A model generated the notes under the pieces. It did no database searches and was not told where the DNA came from. It worked only from the letters and a program-made list of their open reading frames with translations. A DNA stretch of 64,000 nt from Minutocellus sp. GHC0000111 (lineage: Eukaryota): the NCBI GenBank assembly GCA_977018835.1, contig OZ361261.1, positions 62,001 through 126,000 on the forward strand, in the 5' to 3' direction. Numbering within the stretch: the first letter of the stretch is position 1; every line of letters begins with the position of its first letter. Below are positions 1-10,112 of this stretch, piece by piece. A program made the position numbers and the translations under genes.

Positions 1-1438
1 CCTGCGCGCCACAGCCGATAAGTCGATAGTACCAATGAGGATGGTCCGGTCCCAGCTTGTCATCGGTGGTGTTGGCGTGGCCGAGCCACTCCTCGTAGGG
101 CATGCGCATCATTTTGGTGGGTGGCTTCCAACCCTCGGGGGGCGTTGGGAATTTCGGATGACGAGCCCGTCCCGCCTTCTCGCGTTGCTTCTTCTTGTTG
201 GGATTTTCTGCCATCCAGTACATAAAGTGGTTGTTGGGAGAGTATTCCGTCCGATGAGGCGTATCGGACATCAGGTCCAGCATGTAGCCCGGATGATTCC
301 ATCGCTCGGCCGTTCGAAGAACCTGTGGATCATCGCGAACGACGAAGGGAACCTCGGCTTCCCTGTAAATCTTTGCCTTTTCCATTTCTGTCTCATAGTC
401 AAACACACAGATGCCCTGGTAAATTTTGGGTCGAGGAGCCGTGTCATCCGGGGGCCAGTTCTGCACAATGTCAATCACCGGCCATGCGTAGGGGTATCCC
501 TCAGGCGGATAGAGAGGGCAGTTGGTAACAGTATAGGGCAGCTCGTCCGGCTTGATGGGCTCATATGTCTTCACCCTCAACTCCTCATGCACCCTCCGCT
601 TGGTCCTGTCCATAACCAACGGCAACGTTTCCTCGATCCGCTGCCTCAAATCATAGTACCGCTTCGTCTTGTCCCCAATTCCCTTCATCGAATCAGGACT
701 GGGCGGCGGATACGTCTTCTGACTCCCCCCAAAGGGCAAATTGGACAGCCACGAGGCGGCCGAGTTGACTCGATTCATCAGCCCACCCCGCCGCTTCTTC
801 TTTTGGTTGTGATTGTTGTTGCCATTGTCGTATTGGTACGGACTATCTTCGGCGTTGCTATTCTTGTGGAGGTTGTTGGCAGGTCCATGATGATGATGAT
901 CGTGTTTGGGAGGCAACTGCAAATCGTCCATCATGCCATTGTCCCTGCCTGCCGCAAAATTGTTTCCCGCAAAGAGCGCCCGAAACATGGCCACGGTACA
1001 AAGCAAGAACAGGAAGAAGCCAATCAGCATCATCTGCACGATGGCGTCGGAATCGATCCCTCTGCCGCCAGGTCCAGGCCGTCCTCTGCGGGATCGATAT
1101 CGATTCAGGGAGGACAGACCCCCACCTCCACCGCCTCCCGAGGTTGGAGGACGCCGCTGCTGCCGCGATGCCGCCCGTCGCCTCCGTCGTTCGGCCCGCT
1201 CCTCGGCCTGCCGGTACGATGCGTCCATGGCGCTGGAGGCCGAGGGGTAGTAGCCGCCATTGCCATTGCCACTGCTACCGCTGGCATTAGCACCGACGCT
1301 GATGGCATGGCTTTGCTGCTGCTGCTGCTCGCAATTGGAATCGCTCGATCCCGACTCGCCGAGGTCGGCGGCCACCACGCCGGGCACGGATGATGGTCCG
1401 CCGCCGTCCCTCCCGCGGTACTGCATAGAGGAGGACAT
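1..1438 (-). CDS. Type II membrane protein, probably JmjC/cupin-like family (3' end runs off the window)
   Basis: Open minus-strand frame from ATG 1438 (MSSMQYRG...), antisense to the listed + ORF 35..1393. One hydrophobic helix (MMLIGFFLFLLCTVAMF), then YPYAWPVIDIVQNWPPDDT...YREAEVPFVVRDDP...TEYSPNNHFMYW...HWYYRL, which I recall from stramenopile JmjC-like proteins. The catalytic motif is not in the window. Confidence 0.65.
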   Translation of the reverse strand, partial: MSSSMQYRGRDGGGPSSVPGVVAADLGESGSSDSNCEQQQQQSHAISVGANASGSSGNGNGGYYPSASSAMDASYRQAEERAERRRRRAASRQQRRPPTSGGGGGGGLSSLNRYRSRRGRPGPGGRGIDSDAIVQMMLIGFFLFLLCTVAMFRALFAGNNFAAGRDNGMMDDLQLPPKHDHHHHGPANNLHKNSNAEDSPYQYDNGNNNHNQKKKRRGGLMNRVNSAASWLSNLPFGGSQKTYPPPSPDSMKGIGDKTKRYYDLRQRIEETLPLVMDRTKRRVHEELRVKTYEPIKPDELPYTVTNCPLYPPEGYPYAWPVIDIVQNWPPDDTAPRPKIYQGICVFDYETEMEKAKIYREAEVPFVVRDDPQVLRTAERWNHPGYMLDLMSDTPHRTEYSPNNHFMYWMAENPNKKKQREKAGRARHPKFPTPPEGWKPPTKMMRMPYEEWLGHANTTDDKLGPDHPHWYYRLIGCGAQ

Positions 1439-1921
1439 GTTTTTGCCTGGAAACGCAAATGAATAAGTTTGGTAGCGGTCGTTGTGCTATGCGCTGGCTG
1501 TGCCAATGTCGAAAACCGACGGACGCACCGATTGTGCCAACACAAGACCGAAGTGAAAAATGAGCACAAACCTGAAACCTGACCAGGGCAGGGTGCGTCA
1601 AAAGATACGATGGCAGAATCCCAGTTAGTTGGGAACTGGCAAGTGGTACCTGTTGCAAACGGCCCGTGGCAGTTTGCAGGGAAGGGAGCAAACGCAATAT
1701 GTGCTCTCGGCCTCCAGTCAACTGCTCTCTCGCCGTTTTTGTGGCCATGGACTCTGCATGGTTCGGGTTGCGGCAAGTTGCGATTGCTTCAGGGGATTTC
1801 AGTTGATAATCAGCCACTCGATTCATTCGAATGAATCGACTCCTGACTCGACTCGCTCGATCGATTGACAGGCTAATTATGCCCCCTCGCCTCCTCCCTC
1901 ATTTCTCTCGGCGGCTCCACA

Positions 1922-4003
1922 ATGGCGACCATGAGGAGAAGCGCCGCCGCCGCCGCTGCTGCCGCGACGGCAACTGCATCTTCCCCTGACCAAGCAGATG
2001 ATAAGGAAGACAATAAGCTCAGCAAACGCCCAAGGACATCCCTCATCGCTACCCTCCGAAGGCGACGGTGTGGTTGTTTGAACCAATGTTCGTTGTCTAC
2101 AATCGCACCGCATGCGGTTATTGCCGTGGCAACGGCGTTGGCGTATTCCCCGACGCTCCAAAATGGCTACGTATGGGACGATCGAATATTCCGAGACGCC
2201 AGGCAGGTGGCCACTTACGAGGGTTTGTACGATATCTGTGCCAAGCCAGGTACAATTGAGCGCGAGGCACACTACTGGCCCATGGTTTACACGAGCTTTT
2301 GGGTGGACTATCAACTATTCGGCAACAATCCGGTGGCCAGCCATGTCATCAATGTTGCGATTCACGTTGTCAATTCGTGTTTGATTCTAACGGTATTGAA
2401 ACGGATTGGGTTGAACGATAGAGCGGCAGGCTTGTCGGCCATGATCTTTGCTCTCCATCCGGTGCACGTTGAGAGTGTGGCGTGGGCTATTGAGCGAAAG
2501 GACACGTTGAGCACCCTTCTATATCTGATGGCACTGCTTTGGCACCCTTGTCTTTCGAATAACAAACGGTCAATGGGATTGTGGGTTTTATCTTTGATCT
2601 TCTATGCACTGGCGGTACTCACCAAATCCATTGCCGTATCACTACCGGCAGTTTTACTGCTGATACCGTGGTTCATGCGCGGTACAATCCGTCGGGATGA
2701 ATTTGTGCAGTCCATACCGTTCTTTGTCGTCGGGGCAAGCATTGCCATTTACGATATTGTGCAGATGGGCGCCAAAGGAAAAATGAATTTCGGCTACAGT
2801 TTTGTTCAACGCATAATGATTGCGTCCCGCGCAGTTTGCTTTTATCTATGGAAGATTGTCATGCCGACCAACCTCGCCATGATTTATCCCCTTTGGATAT
2901 TATCGGAGGAAAAAGTCACCTGGTACTTGTCGGTGGTATTTGTTGCTTTTTCGCTCATTGGTTTATTCCTCATGCGACATCGATGGGGACGAGGGCCCAT
3001 CTCAGGTCTACTCTTTTTTGGCATGACGGTTGGGCCGACTCTCGGTCTCATTGACTATTCCTACATGCTGTACTCCTTCGTCGCCGATAGATATCAGTAT
3101 CTGGCGATGCTTGGGCCAATTGCGGTCTTGTCATCAACCATTGTTTATGCTTGTGATAAATCAGAAGGAGGTAAACCGATCCTACCACTCGAAAGAAATT
3201 CTATCGATGAAAAAAAGAGCCAGAAGTTTGTGGGCATCACAATTCTGCTAGGAATATCTCTCTACTACAGCACATTTCGCCAGTGTTTTGCATATCGAGA
3301 CAACGAGAGCTTCTTTGGCCATTCTGTGCGCCAAAATAGTGACAAGGCAATGAATGCTTGGTTCCATCTGGCCGTGCATTACGCAGATTCCAGTGTCAAG
3401 AAGCCCGAGAAATCGGTGGCCTCCTACCGACGAGCATTGCAGATCATGAACGAGCGACGGGGAAGGGTTCCGACAATAATTTATGATCGGATTGCTCCCA
3501 TGATGTACAACAATGCGGGGAATACTCTGATACATGCCCTACAAAGCCCAGAGGCGGCAATAATGCTCCCCAAGGAAGCTGTCGAGCATCTTCCTAAGAA
3601 CGCCAAGGTCCACCAGCAATTGGCGGACGCCTTGAGCAAGGTCGATAAGAATGAGGAGGCAATAGAATACTTCACCAAAGCAACGCAACTATACCCATCT
3701 TCGTACGTGGCTTGGGGGAATTTGGGTAATAGTCTGGCAAGGCTTTTTCGCAAAGAAGAGGCAGAAGCTGCTCTGAAGAAGGCACTGGCAATCAAACCTG
3801 ACAAAATCAATTTTCGACATAGTCTGGCGACGGTCTACGCAATGATGGGCAAACATGGCAATGCAATCAAGGAGTACGATAACATACTTTTGTTCGACCC
3901 CAACAATGCAATGGCCAAGGAGCGAAAACAGACTGCGATAGAAACGATCGCTAGGCACCAGGCAAAGTTGCAGGCAAAACAGAAGTCGGAGATAAAGCAG
4001 TAG
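1922..4003 (+). CDS. TMTC-like GT-C glycosyltransferase (protein O-mannosyltransferase-like) with C-terminal TPR repeats
   Basis: 693-aa intronless ORF with a YVWDD luminal motif, HPVHVESVAW..ERKD, many TM helices, ADRYQY and then TPR-like repeats (AWGNLGNSL...EAEAALKKAL). Confidence 0.88.
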   Translation: MATMRRSAAAAAAAATATASSPDQADDKEDNKLSKRPRTSLIATLRRRRCGCLNQCSLSTIAPHAVIAVATALAYSPTLQNGYVWDDRIFRDARQVATYEGLYDICAKPGTIEREAHYWPMVYTSFWVDYQLFGNNPVASHVINVAIHVVNSCLILTVLKRIGLNDRAAGLSAMIFALHPVHVESVAWAIERKDTLSTLLYLMALLWHPCLSNNKRSMGLWVLSLIFYALAVLTKSIAVSLPAVLLLIPWFMRGTIRRDEFVQSIPFFVVGASIAIYDIVQMGAKGKMNFGYSFVQRIMIASRAVCFYLWKIVMPTNLAMIYPLWILSEEKVTWYLSVVFVAFSLIGLFLMRHRWGRGPISGLLFFGMTVGPTLGLIDYSYMLYSFVADRYQYLAMLGPIAVLSSTIVYACDKSEGGKPILPLERNSIDEKKSQKFVGITILLGISLYYSTFRQCFAYRDNESFFGHSVRQNSDKAMNAWFHLAVHYADSSVKKPEKSVASYRRALQIMNERRGRVPTIIYDRIAPMMYNNAGNTLIHALQSPEAAIMLPKEAVEHLPKNAKVHQQLADALSKVDKNEEAIEYFTKATQLYPSSYVAWGNLGNSLARLFRKEEAEAALKKALAIKPDKINFRHSLATVYAMMGKHGNAIKEYDNILLFDPNNAMAKERKQTAIETIARHQAKLQAKQKSEIKQ

Positions 4004-4029
4004 CTGTGAAAATTGCAATGTCTTTACTG

Positions 4030-5106
4030 CTACTGCTGGTATTGCTTATTCTTCTCAACTCTACTTGGAGTAATAAAGACCGAGCTCCAAGCATCGGCAT
4101 TATGTCCCCAATCCCATGCGCCAATTTTGGATGAGCAGTGAGGGCAGGTGAGCTTGCCGCTCCTTGTCAGCATTCCCATCGACGATGATGCCTCCATTTG
4201 CGATTGCATCCAATCTATGGGCTCGATCTTCAATGAATTGGTCGAGCTACTGGTACTAAATTGATGGCCAGCACTGGAATCCATAGATTTACTGCGGCGT
4301 GAGTATTCCAGCCCACCAGCACTGGTTGCCCAGTATTTCGATTTGGGCAATTCCAGCTCGTCTTCCTTGGTCAATTCTTCATTGATATTGCTGTCGTAAA
4401 ACAGCATATGCCTGCACTTAACGCATCGGTATGAAGCAAGAGAGCCGTCCCCTGCGGACATAGACAACAAGGGGAACCACTTTGCAATCTTCCCACTCTC
4501 TTCAAACTCGCATCTATGGCGGAAAGAACGGAATGCCGCATGAGCTCTGGATGTTGGAGGGACGAGCATCGTGTTGCAGCTGCTGCATATCATGCGCCTG
4601 TATATTTCCAACTGCTTCACGAACCCAGGGTTGATGGCCATGCAGGGTCGGGCCGTCTCGACTTGATGGTAGCATTGATGAAGTAGGCTCGTGTTTGGAT
4701 CGTCATCACCATCATTGTTGTTGTTGCTGTTGTTGTTGCTGTTGTTTTTGTTGGCCATGCGCATTAGATATGCCACCACAATTGCACACGACCGACTCTG
4801 CCCGTGAACGCAGTGCACAAACACACACCCTCCGTCATCGAGCGCCTTTTGGATGAATCCCGTAGCTCGAGGCAAATGACGAAGCAAGTTTTCATGGGGA
4901 TCGTCCCTCACGTCGATGCACAGGTAACGGTACTTGCTGGCAGGAAAGTGGCCCAACCGAAAGCCGGCGGATACAATGTGCGTTATGCGATGGTCATCAA
5001 GGAGGCCGGCATCCTGAGCTGCTGCGTAGTTGCCAACATACAGCTTGCCGTCGAGGACGGTGTCGCATTCGGCCATCTGGTCAAGCCCAGCATGGCGCAT
5101 GCGCAT
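4030..5106 (-). CDS. Dual-specificity phosphatase, DUSP12/YVH1 family
   Basis: Catalytic loop VHCVHGQSRS and INPGF motif; C-terminal zinc-binding region YRCVKCRH...KLTCPHCSSKIG.W.W. Confidence 0.9.
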   Translation of the reverse strand: MRMRHAGLDQMAECDTVLDGKLYVGNYAAAQDAGLLDDHRITHIVSAGFRLGHFPASKYRYLCIDVRDDPHENLLRHLPRATGFIQKALDDGGCVFVHCVHGQSRSCAIVVAYLMRMANKNNSNNNSNNNNDGDDDPNTSLLHQCYHQVETARPCMAINPGFVKQLEIYRRMICSSCNTMLVPPTSRAHAAFRSFRHRCEFEESGKIAKWFPLLSMSAGDGSLASYRCVKCRHMLFYDSNINEELTKEDELELPKSKYWATSAGGLEYSRRSKSMDSSAGHQFSTSSSTNSLKIEPIDWMQSQMEASSSMGMLTRSGKLTCPHCSSKIGAWDWGHNADAWSSVFITPSRVEKNKQYQQ

Positions 5107-5446
5107 GGCATGGGCTCACAACGGTGATGTGAACATCGGTGACGGCCAGACAAAACACTCCTGAAATGAACAGCAAATGTAGCGTCGTCGCTTTGTGCCT
5201 GTTTGCGTGGTTCGGTAGACCGCATCTTGAGGATGACTTGCATGATGGTCTACCGTATTTCATCCGACCAAGCATGTTGTACATGCTGAATATCTATTTG
5301 TTAATGTGCTATTTACATGCTATGTACAGTAGAATAATAAATAATAACAATACATAAAATAACAGATTCAAAGCAAGTACCAGTAGATCTAGATCAAATA
5401 GTGATTTCACGAGAGAGCAGACACCCCCTCCGCGATGTTTCGTAAA

Positions 5447-5533
5447 CATTGTACCAACTTCCTTTTATTGATGATCCTTACTCAGAAGGGTATTGTAGAC
5501 CATAATCAACAATAAATGGAAGTTGGTACAATG
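5447..5533. repeat. 29-bp inverted repeat (hairpin/MITE-like)
   Basis: 5447-5475 cattgtaccaacttccttttattgatgat matches the reverse complement of 5505-5533 at 27/29 positions, with a 29-nt loop. Confidence 0.85.
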
Positions 5534-6995
5534 ATCTTGGTGCTCTTTTAGCACATGATATAGATACGGTATTAGAGTGTTTCTTTTGGTACACTATTGT
5601 TTGAAAATTTATTTTTATGTCGTAGAATACACTTGTGCTGTTTCAAGAAAGAAAAAATACATCAAACTTTATAACGAAACAAAACCCATTTCGTTCAACG
5701 AATGGGGCCACAACATGTGTCGCCGACGTGCCTCCCATTGAGAACAATCAAGACTACGGGGCACCATACCCTTGTAATAGCCTTTCACAACACTGTGGTG
5801 CAGCAGGAGACTTGCAATTACTTTTTTGAGCCTTGAAAAATTCGTTCGCATTAGACCCGATTTTTTCGACAGTTTCCGACGTTCCATCACGACCATGTTC
5901 GCCCGATGTACAGCACCACCCCGGCCATCGCATACACTCTGACCACCTAGATGCCTTCCTGAATATTACTGGAAGGGATTTTTGGGCGATAGCGGTGCGT
6001 CGGTGCGTGCCTGTACCGCGAAATGTGGCCCAGCGCCATTACCACCCCCATTACACCACCCATCCGAAAGTTGGTCCGGATGCTTTTATGCGGTCCATGC
6101 ACCACTTCCGTTGCACTGAGCCGTCGACTCTTCACCCATATATATACCAAGCGCATTTGAGTGGGGATGGTGGCATTTCTTGACAATTCATAGAGAAAAC
6201 TATTCCCAAAGTCCCGTGTCTGATGTCGGCACCAGATTTCACCTTCATTGCTTCTGCCGCCCGAGAGGAACGAAACCGGAGAAAGCGGCCAAACCAACAC
6301 GTGAGATCGATGGATGTAATATAGAATGAGCATCGTGCGTGCTGATATTGCGTGAAGGAACAGTGGTTGAGGCTTGAAGGGGGTTGTAGTTGGGGATTTG
6401 CTACTTTCAGATGTTTTTGCTTTCCATGGTGACGGCCACAATGATACAAAGATGGGGCCCAATATCGACCCTCTGGCGCAAACTTGCTCCCAATATTACC
6501 CAAGTGAAAGTAATGCCGGTCAGGGAGGATTGAAATGGATGTAGACAAGCATCAGCCATCATTCTTTGCCATTTTGAGGGTAAAAAAATATTGAAAATTT
6601 CTGGGCATGAGGAGATGTTGCTAAAATAGCACATGATGTACGAATGAGTTTGCTTTCAAGTATGCAATACTCACCTAACGCATGTAGTTGGTGTATACAT
6701 CGGTTGGCTTGGAGTTATTTATCGTTATACCATCATTTGGTGGCCTTCTTGTGGAGATGAATTCTCCTTGCTTTCGCCGTGTTGAGAGAGGCCATTTAGT
6801 GGGTTCATTTTTGCGCTGCATAAAGTATCGCACAAAAAAATTTCCTAGTGCCTTACTATTTACGGCGATTTTGTCGGCGGTCTCGTGGAATCACTCTACA
6901 TTTTTACATGCATTCATGAATTCAAACATGCATCTTTATGTATTTACATATCTAATCCAATCAAATACTGCGTGCATGGCCATCATGTTTCTCAA

Positions 6996-7350
6996 TTAGT
7001 CACTCAGGCACATGTTGAAGGTGCGATCGTTTCTCCATGCTCCGTGTGTCGTCATTGCTTCAGCCAGAATTCCAGCAGATCCAGCATCCGTGATGCCACC
7101 TTCAGCCTCCTGGAGGATTCCGGCCGCTTCATCGTCGTTCCACTTATCCCCTGTAGCTCGGCAGAGGCAATTCGAACACAGCATCATCGCCGGCACGTCG
7201 TCGATGTTCATGTCGTGCTCTATCTGAGCCTGGCCCACAGGATGCAGATTGCTGCGGCACAAACCGCCACGGCTCTGGCATGTGACGAAGAAAATTGCGC
7301 GCGGGGTGATGCAGCGGCCCATGCGGTGGCACGAGCAACTACATGTTCAT
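6996..7350 (-). pseudogene. Remnant PHD-like Cys/His finger, probably transposon-derived
   Basis: CSCHRMGRC...TCQSRGGLCRSNLHPVGQ...MLCSNC parallels the N-terminal finger of the transposase at 31551 (CSYSQIGAC...RCTKCGASFHHCCQ...LRCHKC). Confidence 0.4.
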
Positions 7351-7892
7351 TTTGAATCAAGATGTCTGTTGCGGCGGCGAGCGCAAGATGCCATCCATCG
7401 ATGTGGGTGTCGAATGAAGGCATCGTCGCATCCGCGTCAAAGATCGCTCGACTCGCACTCGCGGTTCCAGAGAGTTCTCTATGCATTTTTCAACAGGCTG
7501 GGCCGGCGCGATGCGAACTCTGACACCCCGCAAGATGCGTGCCAAAGCAAGCCAAAAATGCTAGCAGCTTCCTCGGGTAATGATAACTTCATTACAAGAA
7601 GTTCGTGTCTTGTCCGTTCATGTCCGGCCGGCTTATGTATGTTTTCATTTTCAAACATTTTTTATGTTCAAAATGGATCGGCTGACTCGCAGATGCGAAC
7701 TTGCGAACTGGGTTTTGTAATGATGTTGGGCTGTTCCCGGCCAATCTGGTAATGAAGTTCATTACCGGGACCATGCTTACCTGTAGTTATCACCCCCTCT
7801 GGTAATGATGTTGACTACAGTACCAAAGATCCCCGTCATGGTATTACCAAGAGCACTTTCAAATCTCTAAGTCTCAAAATCCGGACGCAACA

Positions 7893-8322
7893 ATGACCAC
7901 CATCGACGATGATGAGGACAATGACGACGAGGAAAACGGCGGCGGCGGGGCGGAAATTCCCCTCCCCAACGTCAAGGGTGCGGTCCTGGCCAAGGTCATT
8001 GAATATTGCACCGCACTACACCAACGTGGAGGAGATGACGGCGATATCGACCCCGCTCAAATCCAGCAAGATCGAGGAGGTGGTCCAGCAGTGGTGCGCC
8101 GACTACGTCAAGGTGGAGCAGGTAATGCTGTTCGAGCTGGTGACGGCGGCGAACTTTATGGACATCAAGCCTCTGCTGGATCTGACGTGCTTCGCCGTTT
8201 CGGTCCTCATCAAGGGCAAGAGCGCCGAGGAGATACGCAAGATATTCAACATTTCCAGTGACTTTACTCCCGAGGATGAGGCCCAGGTCCGGGAGGAGAA
8301 TAAGTGGTGCGAGAAACCTTGA
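7893..8322 (+). pseudogene. SKP1: Skp1 (SCF subunit), 5'-truncated and frameshifted
   Basis: [19 protein letters not shown] in one frame, then HY...[21 protein letters not shown]...[31 protein letters not shown] in another (+1 shift near 8010). The usual N-terminal strand (KLxSxxG..F.V) is absent. Confidence 0.85.
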
Positions 8323-8886
8323 GAGGGCGGAAATGGAAGGGTGTCGGCAGGGTGGAGGAGAGCGGGTGGTGGCTTCTGGCGGAGCCAGGCGGCCGGCCCT
8401 TCTTTCCCAGCATATATGAGCATGCCTGTCGACCCGTTCCATTGGCATTGAGGTCATACCGGAATTTTGGCCTGGGGACTTGCAGATCGATCGATCGATC
8501 GATCATCTCTGCTTCGAGAGCGAATGAATGGACTATCTTCTTCTGCTTCGCTCTTTTAGAGCTCTTCATGTTTGTGCATTGTAAGTATATTCCTTGGCAC
8601 TAAGCTCTAGCTACATTTGTTGTACTACACGTGGTCTACTGTACATAAGATCGTAACACCTTTGAAAGCGATACGTGCATGCCGTGTTGGATTCACAGAC
8701 CAAGACGAGCTCGGTCGGCGTCCCCAAAGTCAACGGAGGGGCTAAACAAAAGGGGCCCTCCCAATTTAGGGTTCGCACAACAAGAACTCAGCGAGATGAA
8801 ACGATGCTCGAAGATATAGATGTCAACGATGAAGGCATCGGCTCGCAACGAAGCACCCCGACCCAAGCCGAGCCTCTTCGAATCAT

Positions 8887-8906
8887 ATTCACGAAACTCT
8901 TCGAAA
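8887..8906. promoter_or_regulatory. Heat-shock element-like array upstream of HSP20
   Basis: aTTCa cGAAa cTCTt cGAAa: alternating nGAAn pentamers, three perfect and one imperfect, about 150 bp before the ATG. Confidence 0.5.
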
Positions 8907-9050
8907 GATACCAACGCACGACAAACGCAATCCTTTCATTTCTCTCTTCCGATCAAGCTCATAATTCGAACATAGAGAACAAACTCAACCTTCCATCATT
9001 CAATCACAAGATCACAAGTAGATCAACCCAACCACCAACAACACATCAAG

Positions 9051-9554
9051 ATGTCCCTCATTCCCCGATCCTTCCTTACTGGCCTTACTGGCTTTGACGA
9101 CAACTTCTTTGGACCGTCGCCATTCATGAATGATCTGATGGTTCGACCAACTCTTCTGGCGGATGACGACGTCGGCATGGTCCGTCGATCCAGCCCCTTG
9201 TATGAAATCTCGGAGACCGATAAGTCGTTCCAGGTCGCTTTGGATGTGCCAGGCGTCCCGAAGGAAAACATCAACGTGGAGCTACTGAACAATGGCCGTG
9301 TTGTTCATGTCTCTGGTGGACGCAAGGTGCGCAAAGACAACTTATACTCGGAGACCAAGTTCGAGCAATCGTTCACAGTCGGTAGCAACGTTGATGCCTC
9401 CAAGCTGATGGCTCATCTGCAGGATGGCGTTCTCGTCCTCACTGCTCCCAAGAAGGCCGAGGACAGTGGCAACAGGAAGATTGCCATCGAGTCCGGTCCC
9501 GCTCCGATGATCGAGGACAAGAAGCCTGAGGCAGAGGAGGAGAAGAAGGAGTAG
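9051..9554 (+). CDS. Small heat shock protein (HSP20/alpha-crystallin)
   Basis: 167 aa; YEISETDKSFQVALDVPGV.KENINVEL...FEQSF...LMAHLQDGVLVLTAPK and a C-terminal IAI motif. Confidence 0.93.
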   Translation: MSLIPRSFLTGLTGFDDNFFGPSPFMNDLMVRPTLLADDDVGMVRRSSPLYEISETDKSFQVALDVPGVPKENINVELLNNGRVVHVSGGRKVRKDNLYSETKFEQSFTVGSNVDASKLMAHLQDGVLVLTAPKKAEDSGNRKIAIESGPAPMIEDKKPEAEEEKKE

Positions 9555-9824
9555 TTACAACATATGAAATGATTTGTAGACGTGTTGAACTAGATCTATA
9601 TTGAAGGTGCACTGCGAAGCATATGCTGGAATTAGGTTGAAATATGTAAGTAGAGCAAGACTTAGTAGATTTGCCACATACATTTCTCTCACAAGATGCA
9701 TTGATTGAAAGTATTGAGAAGAAAGATCAACAAAGTAGTTCATGTCAAGTATCTGTTGCATTGTACTTGGTAGCTGGTTGGTTTACACGCAATTTTTTGT
9801 CATGTGCAAAATTCACATCTAGTA

Positions 9825-9952
9825 GTAACCGCCCTCGGGCAAATTACTTCGTAATTTGCGCCCTCGGGACCTCGGTTACATTAATAACGCCCTTCGTAAT
9901 ATTTTTGCGAGCTCTTCCAAGCGAAAAATATTAAATACATCAGGGTCGTTAT
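9825..9952. repeat. Small palindromic repeat element
   Basis: gtaaccg...gggcaaattac-ttc-gtaatttgc...cggttac hairpin at 9825-9879, two cgccctcggg units, and an ataacgccc / agggtcgttat inverted pair. Confidence 0.55.
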
Positions 9953-10112
9953 AATAAGTAATGGGCGGCTCCAATGTCCTTCTAACACATTCTTGCTAGC
10001 TAGTAATAAGTTGTGGAATATTTTTAGATACATATATCAATAATTAATGCTGCGCCAAACAATCCCAAATGAACGTTGGGGCCCAAATACATGTATTGCG
10101 GATAAGACGGGA

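Noticed and set aside
35..1393. 452-aa plus-strand ORF
   Set aside because: Antisense shadow of the minus-strand gene; the peptide is not protein-like.
5600..6990. Several short ORFs in an AT-richer stretch
   Set aside because: No recognisable motifs or codon bias; probably decayed repeat DNA.
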